From Octopus bimaculoides (lineage: Eukaryota), in assembly GCF_001194135.2 (NCBI RefSeq), contig NC_068982.1:41189022-41253021 (forward strand): 64,000 nucleotides of DNA, given 5' to 3'. Positions 40,196 to 52,170 of this stretch are shown here, piece by piece. The notes below the pieces were generated by a model. The model searched no databases, was not told the DNA's origin, and saw nothing but the letters and a program-made list of their open reading frames with translations. How positions within the stretch are numbered: position 1 is the stretch's first letter; each line of letters begins with the position of its first letter. Made by a program: the position numbers and the translations under genes.

Positions 40196-40627
40196 TAATC
40201 CTTTACCATTCAGATTACTCCATCTAATGTAATTCTTATTTTTTCACATTGTTTTTAATTATTCGTGTATTATCTGATAACTTTGAAATTTTGACGATTG
40301 TTTTTAGAATGGCATTGTAGGATAGGGTGAGAGGCTGGTTCTGGCCAGTTTGAACACAAAACAGGTAGAATATTTTGTCTGGATATGGCCTATTTAAATG
40401 CTAATGGTTAACCCTTTAGCATTTAAACCAGCCATATCAGACCAATATTCTACCCATTTTATGTTCAAACCAGCCAGATCTGTTCTCCCACACCTACTCT
40501 ACAATGTTATTCAACAAATAATTACATCATTGAAATGTTGATGCTACAAGATAATGCAAGAGTAATTCTAAACAATGTGTTGAAATAAGTGTAACATTTG
40601 ACAGTAACCTGAATACTGAAGAGTTAA
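40196..40627. mobile_element. Inverted pair of piggyBac-like MITEs sharing one TTAA (40408-40411)
   Basis: aaatgctaatgg-TTAA-ccctttagcattt junction; both arms are complete copies. Confidence 0.85.
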
Positions 40628-40695
40628 AGTAACTTCTGAAAAACTAGTGCCAACCACTTCAACATAAAATATGTAAAATTATTTCATATTTAAAG

Positions 40696-40812
40696 CAACC
40701 ATGGGCAACTTGTGGCTTGCAGGACTTAGTGAATGGCATGCCTAAATGGAAAATTACCTTGAATGCTTTTTAATAGGATGGCCTGTTACTTGAAAACAGT
40801 TGCCCATGCCTG
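40696..40812. mobile_element. Short hAT-like MITE
   Basis: caaccatgggcaac ... gttgcccatgcctg TIRs; 8-bp flanks atttaaag/gtttcaag (6/8 match). Confidence 0.6.
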
Positions 40813-42557
40813 GTTTCAAGTGAAACAAATAATATACCTAGCTCCAAAACACAATGCAAAGCTTGTAGTAGGATTTGAACCATGAAGTTGAGACAGCTAG
40901 TGGAACTTCATGATTAAACAATAACAGACATCAATAAAAGGCTTGAGGAGGTTTGTTCAACAAAACCCAAGTCAGAAGATGGTGAACTATATGCTAATAA
41001 TTCTAGAGCTGTTTGCACATAGAAAATTGGGAAACTGAAAAGAAGTGTAGTAAAGGTACTGTTAATCATCCTCAAAGACTACAAATAAAAAGTGATTCAC
41101 TGAAACAGCTGTAAAGATATAAGCATTTCTTGCTAACTGGTAATACTTGTTTTTACTTTAAAGCATGCAAACAATGTATTTGACTTATAAATACAAAGTT
41201 TAGTATACAATAAATAGTTTAACCATATTAAGAATGTACCTAATTAAGAGAGAATACCATATCAATAAATAATTAAAATGATTAGTATATCATTTGTCTT
41301 GTGCAGGAAAACCAAAAATATGATTGCAACATTTCATATCATTGTGAGGAATCACGAAGAGATTGAATATATCCAGGATTTAAAACATTCCAACCATGAC
41401 TATACTGTTGAAAGTGTTCACCCTTTTTAAAAAGAAACAGGTGCTGGTGCCACATAAAAAGCACGCACTACACTCTTAAGTGGTTGACATTGGGGGCATC
41501 CAACCATAGAAACTATGTCAAAACAGACAATTGGAGCCTGGTACAGTTCTCTGGTTGGCCAGCTCCTGTCAAACTGTCCAACCCATGCCAGCATGGAAAA
41601 CAGTTGTTAAATGATGATAGTGTAATTTGAAAGAATATTAGCTTTTATTTCTGGCAGATAGAAATGCTAAAAAAGTATTTTGTCCAGCGGGCTAAACGAT
41701 TCTGCCAGCTCACTGCAGTAGGAGATCTTTAATAATACAAATAATATATTAATGCATTCCAATGAAATTGGGTAAAAATGCTTTTATGTTTAGAAGAGCT
41801 GAACACAGAACAAAATCATTTTATGTGTGTGTGGGGGGGGGGGTTATAAACTATTATTTTTAAATCAGTTTACGATGAGTTTATACACTATGAAATAAAT
41901 CTTGAAGGAATTAAATGTAGATCATTGTTTGAAAAGAAATTAGGTTAGCTGCTTGGATCTTTGTTACCACCCATGCAAGAGAATGGCAGAATGAAATTTA
42001 AGAAATTGGTTAAGAAACGATTTTGAATGACCACTGGGCAAAAGTGATCCAGCAGAGTGGATATGAAGGAGTGCTGACAAGATTCTGGCTTTAGGAGTTT
42101 AACAAAAGACCTGGTTGGAGGCCCAACCTTCTGACTTCTTTTATAGGGCTTAGAAAAACTGAAGGACTGCTGCAATAAGTGAGTAAATCTGAGAGGGGAA
42201 TTTGTTGAATAAAATCATAATTAACTGATCCTCCTGTATTTTCTTTAACCCAAAACCAAGAACTTTTCAGCACAGCCACTTTTATAAAAACTATAATTTT
42301 AGCTATATATACACAAAAAAAGAAAAAAGTTACTGCAATAGTGATGATCAATAAAGCCAGTAATGATTAGATGTTGAGTTCATGGAGAACAAGTATAAAC
42401 AAAAGCCAATTCAGTAGAGTTACCTAGTAATTTATTTAAATAGAAATGTTGGCTTTACTTTCAGTATCCCAGTGATGAAGACCAAATGATCATAATTTCA
42501 ATAAGACTGTACATAAGACAAGTCTACAGTTTTACTGGAAAATAAATCAATACTTAC

Positions 42558-43967
42558 GACGATGAAAGACAACTTTTTGAAGTTTCACAATCAGAGTCAA
42601 ACTGCTGATGATGACGTATCGCACTTTTTCTCCTTTCACTCCAAGGATATTTATGAACCAGAGAAGAGGAATTTATATCATACTTTGTACTATTGCTGAA
42701 AGATTGATGGTATGCTGGGATCTTACAAAGCTCAGTCACATGTTCAGGAGAAGGATTTTTGATAAAGTCAGATGTATCAATCTCATTATCAATATAAGAT
42801 TGATAACTAATCTTAGGTTTGCTGTTAATTGCTTCTATTGATAGCCCACTTAAATATGTTGGCACTTTATTTAACAGAACTTCATCATCTGATCCATCAT
42901 TGTCTATACTCATATCTTTTTCATCTGATTTATAAAGAGGATCCTCCTCCATGGGGGAGTTTTCATTATTAGATGTATTCTCATTAACTGCTTGATCACT
43001 AATTTTTGTTGTTGAAGGACTATCCACAGAGGTTTTAACTGGTTCAGAAATAAATAAAAAATCATTTTCATTTAAAATACTTTCTTTTAGATTATCATCG
43101 TTTTCATAAGATATATTTACTGTTGTTTCATTAGGGAAGTTACAGAAATTTTCATAAGTTTTTTGATTGTGTCTTAAAGACGGTGATATCAACAAATCCA
43201 GAGAATTTTTGAGATTAAAATGGTTCTGATCAATTGTTTTTAAACTAGTAAAATCTAACATATCAGAGTCTAAGATCCCTTCAACATCTGTAGAAGAAAT
43301 CTTCTCCAATTCTTTATCATTAGGATAATCAAAAATACAAGCATTGATTGCTTCATCTGTAGGACAAGACAACAAACCACATGGATTCAAGTGACCTAGA
43401 GGACTATTTACATTGCAATGTTTTACATAGTTTGCAGTCAAATTGTCTTCACTTAAGTGACAACACATCTGACAGGGTACAACATCAGGAAAAACATCAT
43501 CATTGCATTTCTCACCAGAATTAGGTTTCGGGAAGAAATCCTTACACATATCACAAGTGCGAAAATCATGATTGTCAACATTTCGACAATCAAATGGATT
43601 TTCACTGCTAACATAATCATGCAGGGCACTTAATCCACAAGATGATATATTCTGTTTTTCAACAGATTCAAAGTCTGAAGAGACTTCAGCTGTTTCTCGT
43701 TTTTCTTCATGAAGCACATCCTTTGTATCATCAGAACTAACAGGTAGGGGTGAAGATGTTGAATTAGCTGTCTGTACATTTGAAGAACTAGAATTTTCAT
43801 TTTCAAGTTTTAAGCTATTAGTTTGTGGATCGTTAGAAAAATATTCCTGCGTATTAGGGTTATCTGAGTCTTTGTTTGTATTGCTCACAGAATTATCTAA
43901 GCATTGGTCATCACTAATTTTTTTCTTTTTCTTTGGAATTATAAATGACCTTCTTGTTGATGATGTT

Positions 43968-44012
<45 letters not shown>

Positions 44013-44433
44013 CTCTTTTCTTTAGGAATAAATCTAGGACAATTAAGTGTGTAGTCATGATCCCTTAAATGACTATAATAGGGCTTATACTGAATAGTTT
44101 GCTTCTTAGAAGAGTTATTATTGTTATTATCTTGACTTTTTAATGAACTTAATTCAACATATCTTGTTAAATTTTGAGGCTTCAGTAAGTCTGGAAATTC
44201 ATCTGCCGAAGCACTTTTTTTAACTGGCCTTGTAAAAGATAATTCTGGTAGAACAATTGGTGGTATAGAGTCTTTTGTATCATTTAATGCAGAGTTTCCA
44301 GTTTGGTTAGTTTCACTATTTGGTTTAATTGTTTGGTTTCCAGCCAATTTAGAACTGACAGGCTTCAACACATTTGACTGGAGTGGATCTGAATTCTCAA
44401 CATCAGTAATTGATGCCACATTAACTTGGTTTT
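42558..44433 (-). CDS. PPRC1: PGC-1 large 1876-nt exon: low-complexity region, DHDY motif, poly-Thr, Cys-rich patch
   Basis: Corresponds to the 621-aa ORF; tttcag acceptor at 44434-44436, gtaagt donor at 42557-42552; DHDY at 44051-44062. Confidence 0.93.
43964..44011 (-). repeat. Coding (ACT)14(ACA)2 trinucleotide repeat = Thr16
   Basis: In frame within the large PGC-1 exon. Confidence 0.95.
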
Positions 44434-44744
44434 CTGAAATATATATATATATATATATCTATATAAAAAAATGCTAATTAGGATATATAAATAACATTCA
44501 TTTCTCAGTATTTTTTTTTTTTTGTGGATATTTTCTTATCCTGTACAGTTTTAAAATCACACACAACCCTTTAGTATTTAAACTGATTGGTTCTAGCCTA
44601 TCACACCTACCCTACAATGTCATTCTAAAACTGAACAATCACATCTCCTTGAAATTTTCAAGTTACAAGATAATGCAAGATTAATTCAAAACATGAATGA
44701 ATAAACATAATCTGAACACCAAAGGGTTAAATTTACTTTCTTTT

Positions 44745-45100
44745 ACGTGGTTCAGTCATTTGACCGTAGCCATGCTGGAGCACCACCTTAAAGGATCTTA
44801 GTCGAAGAAATCAACCCCAGGACTTATTCTTTGTAAGCCTAGTATTTATTCTATCAGTCTGTTTTGCCAATCCACCAAGTTATGGGGACATAAACACACC
44901 ACCATCAGTTGTCAAGCAATGATGTGGGGACAAACACAGGCACAAAAACACATTTTTTCAGTTTCCATCTACCAAAAAATCCATTCACAAGGCTTTGGTT
45001 AGCCCAAAGCTGCAGGAGACACCTGTCCAAGGTGCCATGCAGTGGGACTGAACCCAGAACTACGTGGTTGGGAAGCAAGCTTCTTACTAGTCATGCCTGT
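44745..45100 (-). mobile_element. SINE family A copy
   Basis: Reverse complement of consensus. Confidence 0.82.
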
Positions 45101-45759
45101 ACCTTTTTATAAGCAAATATTTAGCATTTTTTGTTTCTATTCAAAAACTGGCTGTTCTTTTACAGTGCTAGATATACCTTGAATTTGATATATATTTTAC
45201 AAATAGGGTCCAACCCATGCTAGCATGGAAAGTGGGCGTTAAACGATGAGGATGATGTATGGTCAATAAGTTTGTATTTCAGTTGTCTAGTTTGGGATTT
45301 AATTCTAATGCATGGTACCTTAGGCAAGTGTCTCTTACCATAACCTTAGGTGGGCCGAAACTTTGCGATATTTGGTAGATGGAAACTGTGTGGAAGCCTG
45401 TCAGAGATAATGTTTCTCCTCTTGAGTGGTAGTCTTAATCTGCTGCCCAGTTTAACATCACCACAAGTCTCTTGGGTGCATTCAGCAGAGTTTATTGCTG
45501 CCAGTTTTTGGACCAAATCTCCATTAGTGAATAACTTACCCCTATCGGGTTTGTAGCTCTTGAACAAATAGTCATGGACACTGAGTATGTAAAAATATTG
45601 TAATTAAAACCAGTGAAAAATTTTATCAACCCCAAAAACATGTATTTTACACACTTGTAGCAAATAATTTGTGGTAAAAATAAAATGCCAAATTATTTAC
45701 ATTACATTTATGTCTTACAATTTTAAGATATACCCTGAATACAAAGAAATAATACTTAC

Positions 45760-46052
45760 GATTCGATGTGCCATGAACAACATTGGTACCATTGCACTGC
45801 ACATCAGTTACAAGCTTCATTTTATTGACTCTAGGATCTCTGAGTAATGAAGACACAGGAATGCCATGTCTATTTTTAACTAATTTTTTTACAATACCAT
45901 TAGACACTAGTGATAATTTTCTTGGAAGTGAATTTTCATTTCTAGTTGCAGATACAGTAATTGTTGGAGTTGGATGGGAAAAGCCATCAGTTTTGTATGC
46001 TGTAATATTCTGGAAACTTGTAGGTATTAATGAAATACTTGATGTCTTTGCA
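45760..46052 (-). CDS. PPRC1: PGC-1 exon (AKTSSISLIP...SSLLRDPRVNKMKLVTDVQCNGTNVVHGTSN)
   Basis: Long pyrimidine tract + cag acceptor, gtaagt donor; 97 open codons; phase 1 joins the large exon. Confidence 0.87.
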
Positions 46053-46172
46053 CTGTAGATAGGAAAAAGAAAAAGAAAAATTTTTAGTATTGCTGTTCAC
46101 TTATAGTTATACATATCACACAACCAAGATTGCATCAAACATTCAATTCCTTTATGAGAACACAAAAAATAT

Positions 46173-46396
46173 TTAACCCTTTAGCATTCAGATTATTCTG
46201 TCAAGCATGATGTTTATTTATTCAAATTGGTTTGATTTAATTATGCATTATCTCACTAGTTCTAGATTTCAATCATGATTGTATAATTTGACAAGGACAT
46301 CGTATAGGTGTGAGAAGCCACATCTGGTTGATTTGAACTTAAAACTGGTAGAATATTTGGGCCTGATATAGCCAGTTTAAATGCTAAAGAGCTGAA
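46173..46396 (+). mobile_element. piggyBac-like MITE (~220 bp), representative copy
   Basis: TTAA-CCCTTTAGCATT ... AATGCTAAAG(A/G)G-TTAA ends; further copies at ~8290-8517(+), 15490-15712(-), 22644-22846(-), 22903-23113(-), 36601-36789(-), 40196-40411(+), 40408-40627(-), 44565-44730(-), 62845-63226(-). Confidence 0.85.
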
Positions 46397-47533
46397 AACT
46401 CCAAACAATTACAGACTCTCAGCGACAAGCTTCATTTTTCAATGAAGAACTGCACACAAATCGAGAGGTTTGTCTTCATTATATAACCTGATCAACAATT
46501 CTACACTTACTAACATACTGCAACAGCTTAAATATTCTGCATCTGTGTCTTAAAGAGTTTGATTCTTGACTACATGGTTTCAGTTTCAGTCCTACTTCGT
46601 GACACCTTGAACAAGTGTCATCTACTACAGCCCCAAGCTGACTACAGCTTTTTGAGTGGTTTATGATAGATAGAAACTGAAAGAAACTCATTATATGAGT
46701 ATGCATGCACATAAATGTGTCTTGAAATCACAATTGTTGTAAATGAATGTCAGTTCCAACATTGTGCAAAAACATGTTTGGCTATTGGGAAATATTACCT
46801 TACTTGGAAACAAGGGTTGGCACCAGGAAGGGCAGTCTGGCCATAGGATATCTGCCTCAATAAACTCCATCCAACCCATGCAATCTTGGAAAAGTGGACA
46901 TGATAAATTATACATAAAAGAGTTTATTGGTTAAGAGCCCAGGAAATTCACTATATTCTTAACATGAGCAGAAGAAAAATTCAGTTGAACAGATAATAAA
47001 TCAGACAGTATGCCAAGACTTTTCATGTGACTGGAATACCTCCCCTCCCACTGATACTGACAAACCAATCATCTTCAACACTAAGATGTGGAATTTGCAA
47101 GCTGAAAATTCTGATTATAGGATGACGAGAAACTTCAGTCTCCATGCAGATAATTTCTAATCACTGTTCTACATGCTACTCATCTCAATGATAACCAAAT
47201 TCCTTCCTTACATCATGAAGACATAGCCTTTCAGCCACAGTGAATGCAATCTGCCCAGTAAGCTGGTAATTCCAAACAAACTCATTGATAAATGTAAAAG
47301 ATCCAACCTTTATCACACATAGGACAGGTTTTGCAAACCACAGTGAAGGCAACTCATCTAGGCGAGCAGTAGCCTTGAATAGAAACTGATAGAACAGAGT
47401 AGACTCCTTAATCCTATTGTAGACATACTCTTAGTCAGCTAGTTAACAGAAAAGGCTTCTAGCTGTAAAAATCATGCCACAAAATGAACAAATATGGAAA
47501 AATAAACATTCAAATCATTCAGCATATACTAAC

Positions 47534-47561
47534 CTTGTTAAATCTTGTACTGGTGGAAAGT
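47534..47561 (-). CDS. PPRC1: PGC-1 28-nt microexon (DFPPVQDLT)
   Basis: tgttttctttttaatctag acceptor, gttagt donor; phase 1->2 exactly bridges the flanking exons. Confidence 0.72.
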
Positions 47562-48911
47562 CTAGATTAAAAAGAAAACATAAATGGTAAAGAAATCATT
47601 AAAAAATATAAATGGCAGTACATTAATTCATGATTTAGTCAAACCTAAAAATTTTATTATTCAAAACTTGGTGACAAAAATTACTAATTACTTTCAATAA
47701 GCAATTGAAATAAATATCAATGGTTCAATTTATAGCTATATGTGATCTTTACTGAGTGTATTACATCTGAGACATTAACATTTTGTTATTTTACTCATCT
47801 ACATGTACCTCTACATTTGCCCCTCCCTGAACTACCACATGTCACTGCTATTTCCCACCGAGCCACACCTCCCACTACATTCACCTCTACCCTCACATCT
47901 AACCATCTGTTACTATCCCCTCCTGGATCCACTGCCTGTATCTTCTCTTGCTTCCTCAGGGTTTGGGCCTGGCAACTTATAGCTACCAAACATCCAGATA
48001 TGCAAAGTAGCCATGTACCTTCTCCACAACAAGACACCTCTACTTCTACTTGGCATAAAATCTTTCCACTCTCTCAAATACTGCACCTCTTAATCAATGG
48101 GGCTTTTCCTTTCCCTTCTGCTGGTTCTTTCCTGTTTGCAAGCTACTTAGCAACCTTACCAATACTAGTGGCACGTAAAAAGCACCCAGTAAGCACTGTA
48201 AAGTAGTTGGCATTATGGAGGGCATACAGTCATAGAAATCATGCTTAAGCTGACATGAAGCAGCTCTGTAGCTCACTGGATTCTATCAAACCAGCCAACT
48301 CATGCCAGCATGTAAAGTAGGTTTTTAAATGATAATGGGATAGCAGTAATGTATCTGCAACTGTAATGAATTGGCTAGCACAGATTACAAAGCTTTGAGT
48401 ATTTAGTTAACTAGCTCATATTTGGGTTTGGCATGTTCCTTTTCAAACTTTGGTGCAACTCAACTCTTGTTAAAAATGCTCATGCTTTCAATATGTAGTA
48501 GTTTCTGTGTACACACCCAAGCTTACATCCCAACCCTACTGCAAACAGATTACTGAACTCGCTCACTTCTGACACTATTTTTAGCTTCCTCAAACATCCT
48601 CTTGAACAACTAACTCACTGCTAACCAGCTATCAATAAAATGTCTTTTCAAGTTGAACAAATAAAATCTGTCTCACCAAAAGCATGGTATTCGGGGCCTT
48701 TTTTTTTTCGTTTTAATCTATTTTTCATCTGAGTACAAACATCATCGAGTGGATCCTATTCAACCTAACTGTACCAATTTAACTTTCCATCTTGAGATTA
48801 CATCTTTCATTCACACACATTTATTTTTACTCAATACTTTTTAGAAGAGTACATGTTTATTAAACTTCAAGTTCACTATCAACCCATTTTTTTTTTTTTG
48901 GTAAAAATCTA

Positions 48912-49032
48912 GTGGCTGTGGTAAGAAGCTTGCTTCCCAACTCTGCATAGCACCTCGGGCAAGTGTCTTCTACTATATAACCTCGGGTTGTGACCAAAGT
49001 TTGAAGAGTGAGAAAACTGAAAGAAACCCGTC

Positions 49033-49068
<36 letters not shown>

Positions 49069-49240
49069 CTTTGTGTTTAACAACCGATGACGCTGTATTC
49101 TCGTCCCCTAACTTAGCGGTCCGACAAAAAGAATAAGTACCAGGCTTTACAAAAAATTTAAAAAATAGTGGATTCGATTAGTTCAACTAAAATCCTACAA
49201 GGCGTTACCCCAGCAGTCTAATTAATGACTGAAACAAGTA
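48912..49240 (+). mobile_element. SINE family A copy, CpG-retaining
   Basis: Full-length, many CpGs intact. Confidence 0.82.
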
Positions 49241-49878
49241 AAAAGATATATATATTCTCTTTTGTAAAAAATTTTTTTTTAAATTAGTGTCTAAACTTAA
49301 AGCCAATCTTGTATGGAAGATGTTATTGTAATTAAGAACTGATTGTTTAATTGGGTGGGGAGGGATGATGAGTGCGATAATTGAACTTTGAGCAAGAGGT
49401 ACTAAACTAAAGAAAAAAACTTGATGCTGCCATGTGTCATCTGTTCTGAATAGATTATAAATAGCAGAGAAAGTTATAATGCCTTTCTTTATAGAGCAGC
49501 GACGAAAAGGAGGGGATGGGTAGCATGGGCACGACAATCACCCTGCTTTTCAGTTCATGAGTGGTTGATAGTGTCTAGTCACACCTTTCCAACAGCAATT
49601 TCTCAGACCTTAAAAATAACGCCCGTCTCTAATACCCATTTCTTTCGCTGCCTATTATAACGCCTAAGGACCCCCCCCCCTTCACTACATACAGATCATG
49701 GGTAAATTTTCAAAACAAAATTTACTTAGGTTACAATAAAACTTTGTTGACGGACAAAAATCAATAGATGTACTATTTTTTTTTTTTTTTACATTTCGAT
49801 TTAAAACGGTATTAAAGTATTTTGGTGTTTTTTTTTTAAAAATAAAACTGAAAAATATCTAGACAAAAAATCCCTTAC

Positions 49879-49947
49879 CCGAAGACGCTACAAAATCTTC
49901 AAATTGAGAGAGAAGTTTGTTATAAGATGTAGCTTCAATGACAACAC
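49879..49947 (-). CDS. PPRC1: PGC-1 69-nt exon (VVIEATSYNKLLSQFEDFVASS)
   Basis: tattttattccag acceptor, gtaagg donor; only the phase 1->1 frame is open. Confidence 0.75.
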
Positions 49948-51369
49948 CTGGAATAAAATAGTCTTTGTTACTCAAAAGATAAATGTAAACTATAAAGTAA
50001 ACGTTTTAGTTTAACAAACAATACTTTAGAAAATCCTAAATTTTTTTCTGTAATTATATTTAGTTTGTATTAATGCAGTTGTATCAATTACGGGAGAAAG
50101 TTATAATATAATATAGGAATGATATTATTCAGCCGAAGCACAGGGAAGTAGAATAAAGTTTAAAATCAAATAGCATTTAATATTTTAAGTTAATTCACGC
50201 AGAGGGTTTTATACTGGTATTGTAAGACGAGTAATCAGACATTCAGACTAGTGCTTTTTCTCTTCAGGAATTAAGGAGACTTGACTGAAGTAAAAACAGC
50301 TGAAATAGCAGTGTTCGTATGCATGAGAGGAAACAATCTTTAAAACTGAAACATTTTGTTAACCAAATCTTACAAAAGTTTATAAACAGTAAAAACTAAC
50401 GTTCCATGCAAGAATATATAATAAATAAAGATACGACTAAGATTACTTCCAAAAATTGAATGATGTTGCTAAATACAAATGCATGCAAAATATCTGAAAG
50501 AAAAAAACTACGACAAAAAAGTTACTGACAAGCTGTTACTTTATTCTAATTGCCTTACATGCCGTTCTATTTTAATCCAAATCAGCAGATTTTGAAGAGA
50601 AGGCAGGACGTGTAAGCCGGAACATTTTCACTCATATCCAAACTAAAATGCGTACACGTGGTCAAGCCAACCTACATTTATTCTCTCATGACCTTCTCGA
50701 AAGCTTGCTTGTACAATTATTCATTGATTAAAAAATATATATTTTCAAATTCATAACAAAACAATCATTTCTATATTAGATAACTTTGAATAATTATTCT
50801 TTTAACTCAACAACAATGATGTTCTCGTTAATCATGGAAACTACACCTTGCTTATTCAAGCATACGAGGGAACAGAACAATGAAGCAGTTGTTCAGTACG
50901 CTAGAAATAGCAGCCAATCTTTAAGCGATACATCATATTTTAAAAAAAAGGAGCATAGCTAATGTAATCCGAAAGAGAAAAAAAAAAGATGGGGTTTAGT
51001 AGCATTTGACCATTTTAAATTCAGGTTTTTAAAAAAATTTTATTATTCATTCTTTTGTTTATCACTTGTTACTGACATTTGAATACAATGGAAGAGATAA
51101 TTACATTAATGGAGCTTGAGAGCAATCTATAAATATTAAATTAAGGCGTAGTATAAAGACAATGATTTCATAACACTACTTGCAAAAGCTATTCCTAATA
51201 TGTTCATAGTTCTGTTTAAGATCATCCAGCAGGTCATGAAATTATTGTAAATTACATAAATTAAGATTAAAATAATGCCTATCATAGGGCATTGTTGTCG
51301 AGTTTACAGGGCTTTTATAGATATGAGCGTGACCCCACCCCACTAAACCCAAGTATAACATAATTGTTA

Positions 51370-52170
51370 AAACGTCTACTTTTCCATGCTTGTATGAGCC
51401 AGAGCTTCAGGATTATTTTCTACGGGTGGATGTCCTTCCAGTCACCAACCCTGACGTGTTTCCAAGCAAAATAATATATCTCAATGACCAGATCCGTTTT
51501 TGCAGAATATATATGAAATGATTCTGTATGACAGTGAGACACACACACACACTTGGTTTTGGGTTCAATTCCACTGCTTGATAACTTGGGCAAGCGTCTT
51601 CTATAACCCAGGGATGACCGAAGGAATGAGAGTGGATTTGATAGACGGAAACTGAAAGAAGCACCGTTCGATTGTTGGGTCGCATGGAGGCAGTGACAGG
51701 TGACCAAAACCTTTGGCGATATACCGTGCTTGTGTAGATCTGTAAAGCCAAGTGAGACCGTAGTCGTAGCCGATGCCGGTGTCAGGCCAATGGCAGCAGT
51801 GCCGGTGGCACGTAAAAAACGAAAACTACACTGCGAGTGGTTGGCGTTAGGAAGGGCATCCAGCCGTAGAAACCTTGCCAAATCAGATCGGAACCTTGTT
51901 CAGCCCCCCCCCCTCTTACTAGTGTTCAGTAAAACCGTCCAACCCATGCCAGCATGGAAAGCGGACGTTAAATGATTATACATGACATGATGCGTGAGTA
52001 TTATCGAAAATACACACGACAAGCACCTTTCATTTTGACTACCAAATCCACCACGTGGTTTCGGGATCAGTCCTACTGCGGGGCACCCTTGGACAAATTG
52101 TTTTCTACTATCGCCCCGGACCAATCAAAGACCAGGTTCGGTAAACAGAAAATTGAAAGAAGCCTGGAAG
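51370..52170. mobile_element. Cluster of family A and B SINE/LINE-tail copies in both orientations, CpG-retaining
   Basis: Minus copy 51370-51520, plus copies 51555-51990 and 52040-52165. Confidence 0.8.

Noticed and set aside
47211-47386. Open minus-strand frame bounded by cag/gtaagg as a possible PGC-1 exon
   Set aside because: Ends in phase 0 (incompatible with the next exon) and resembles a decayed LINE 5' region
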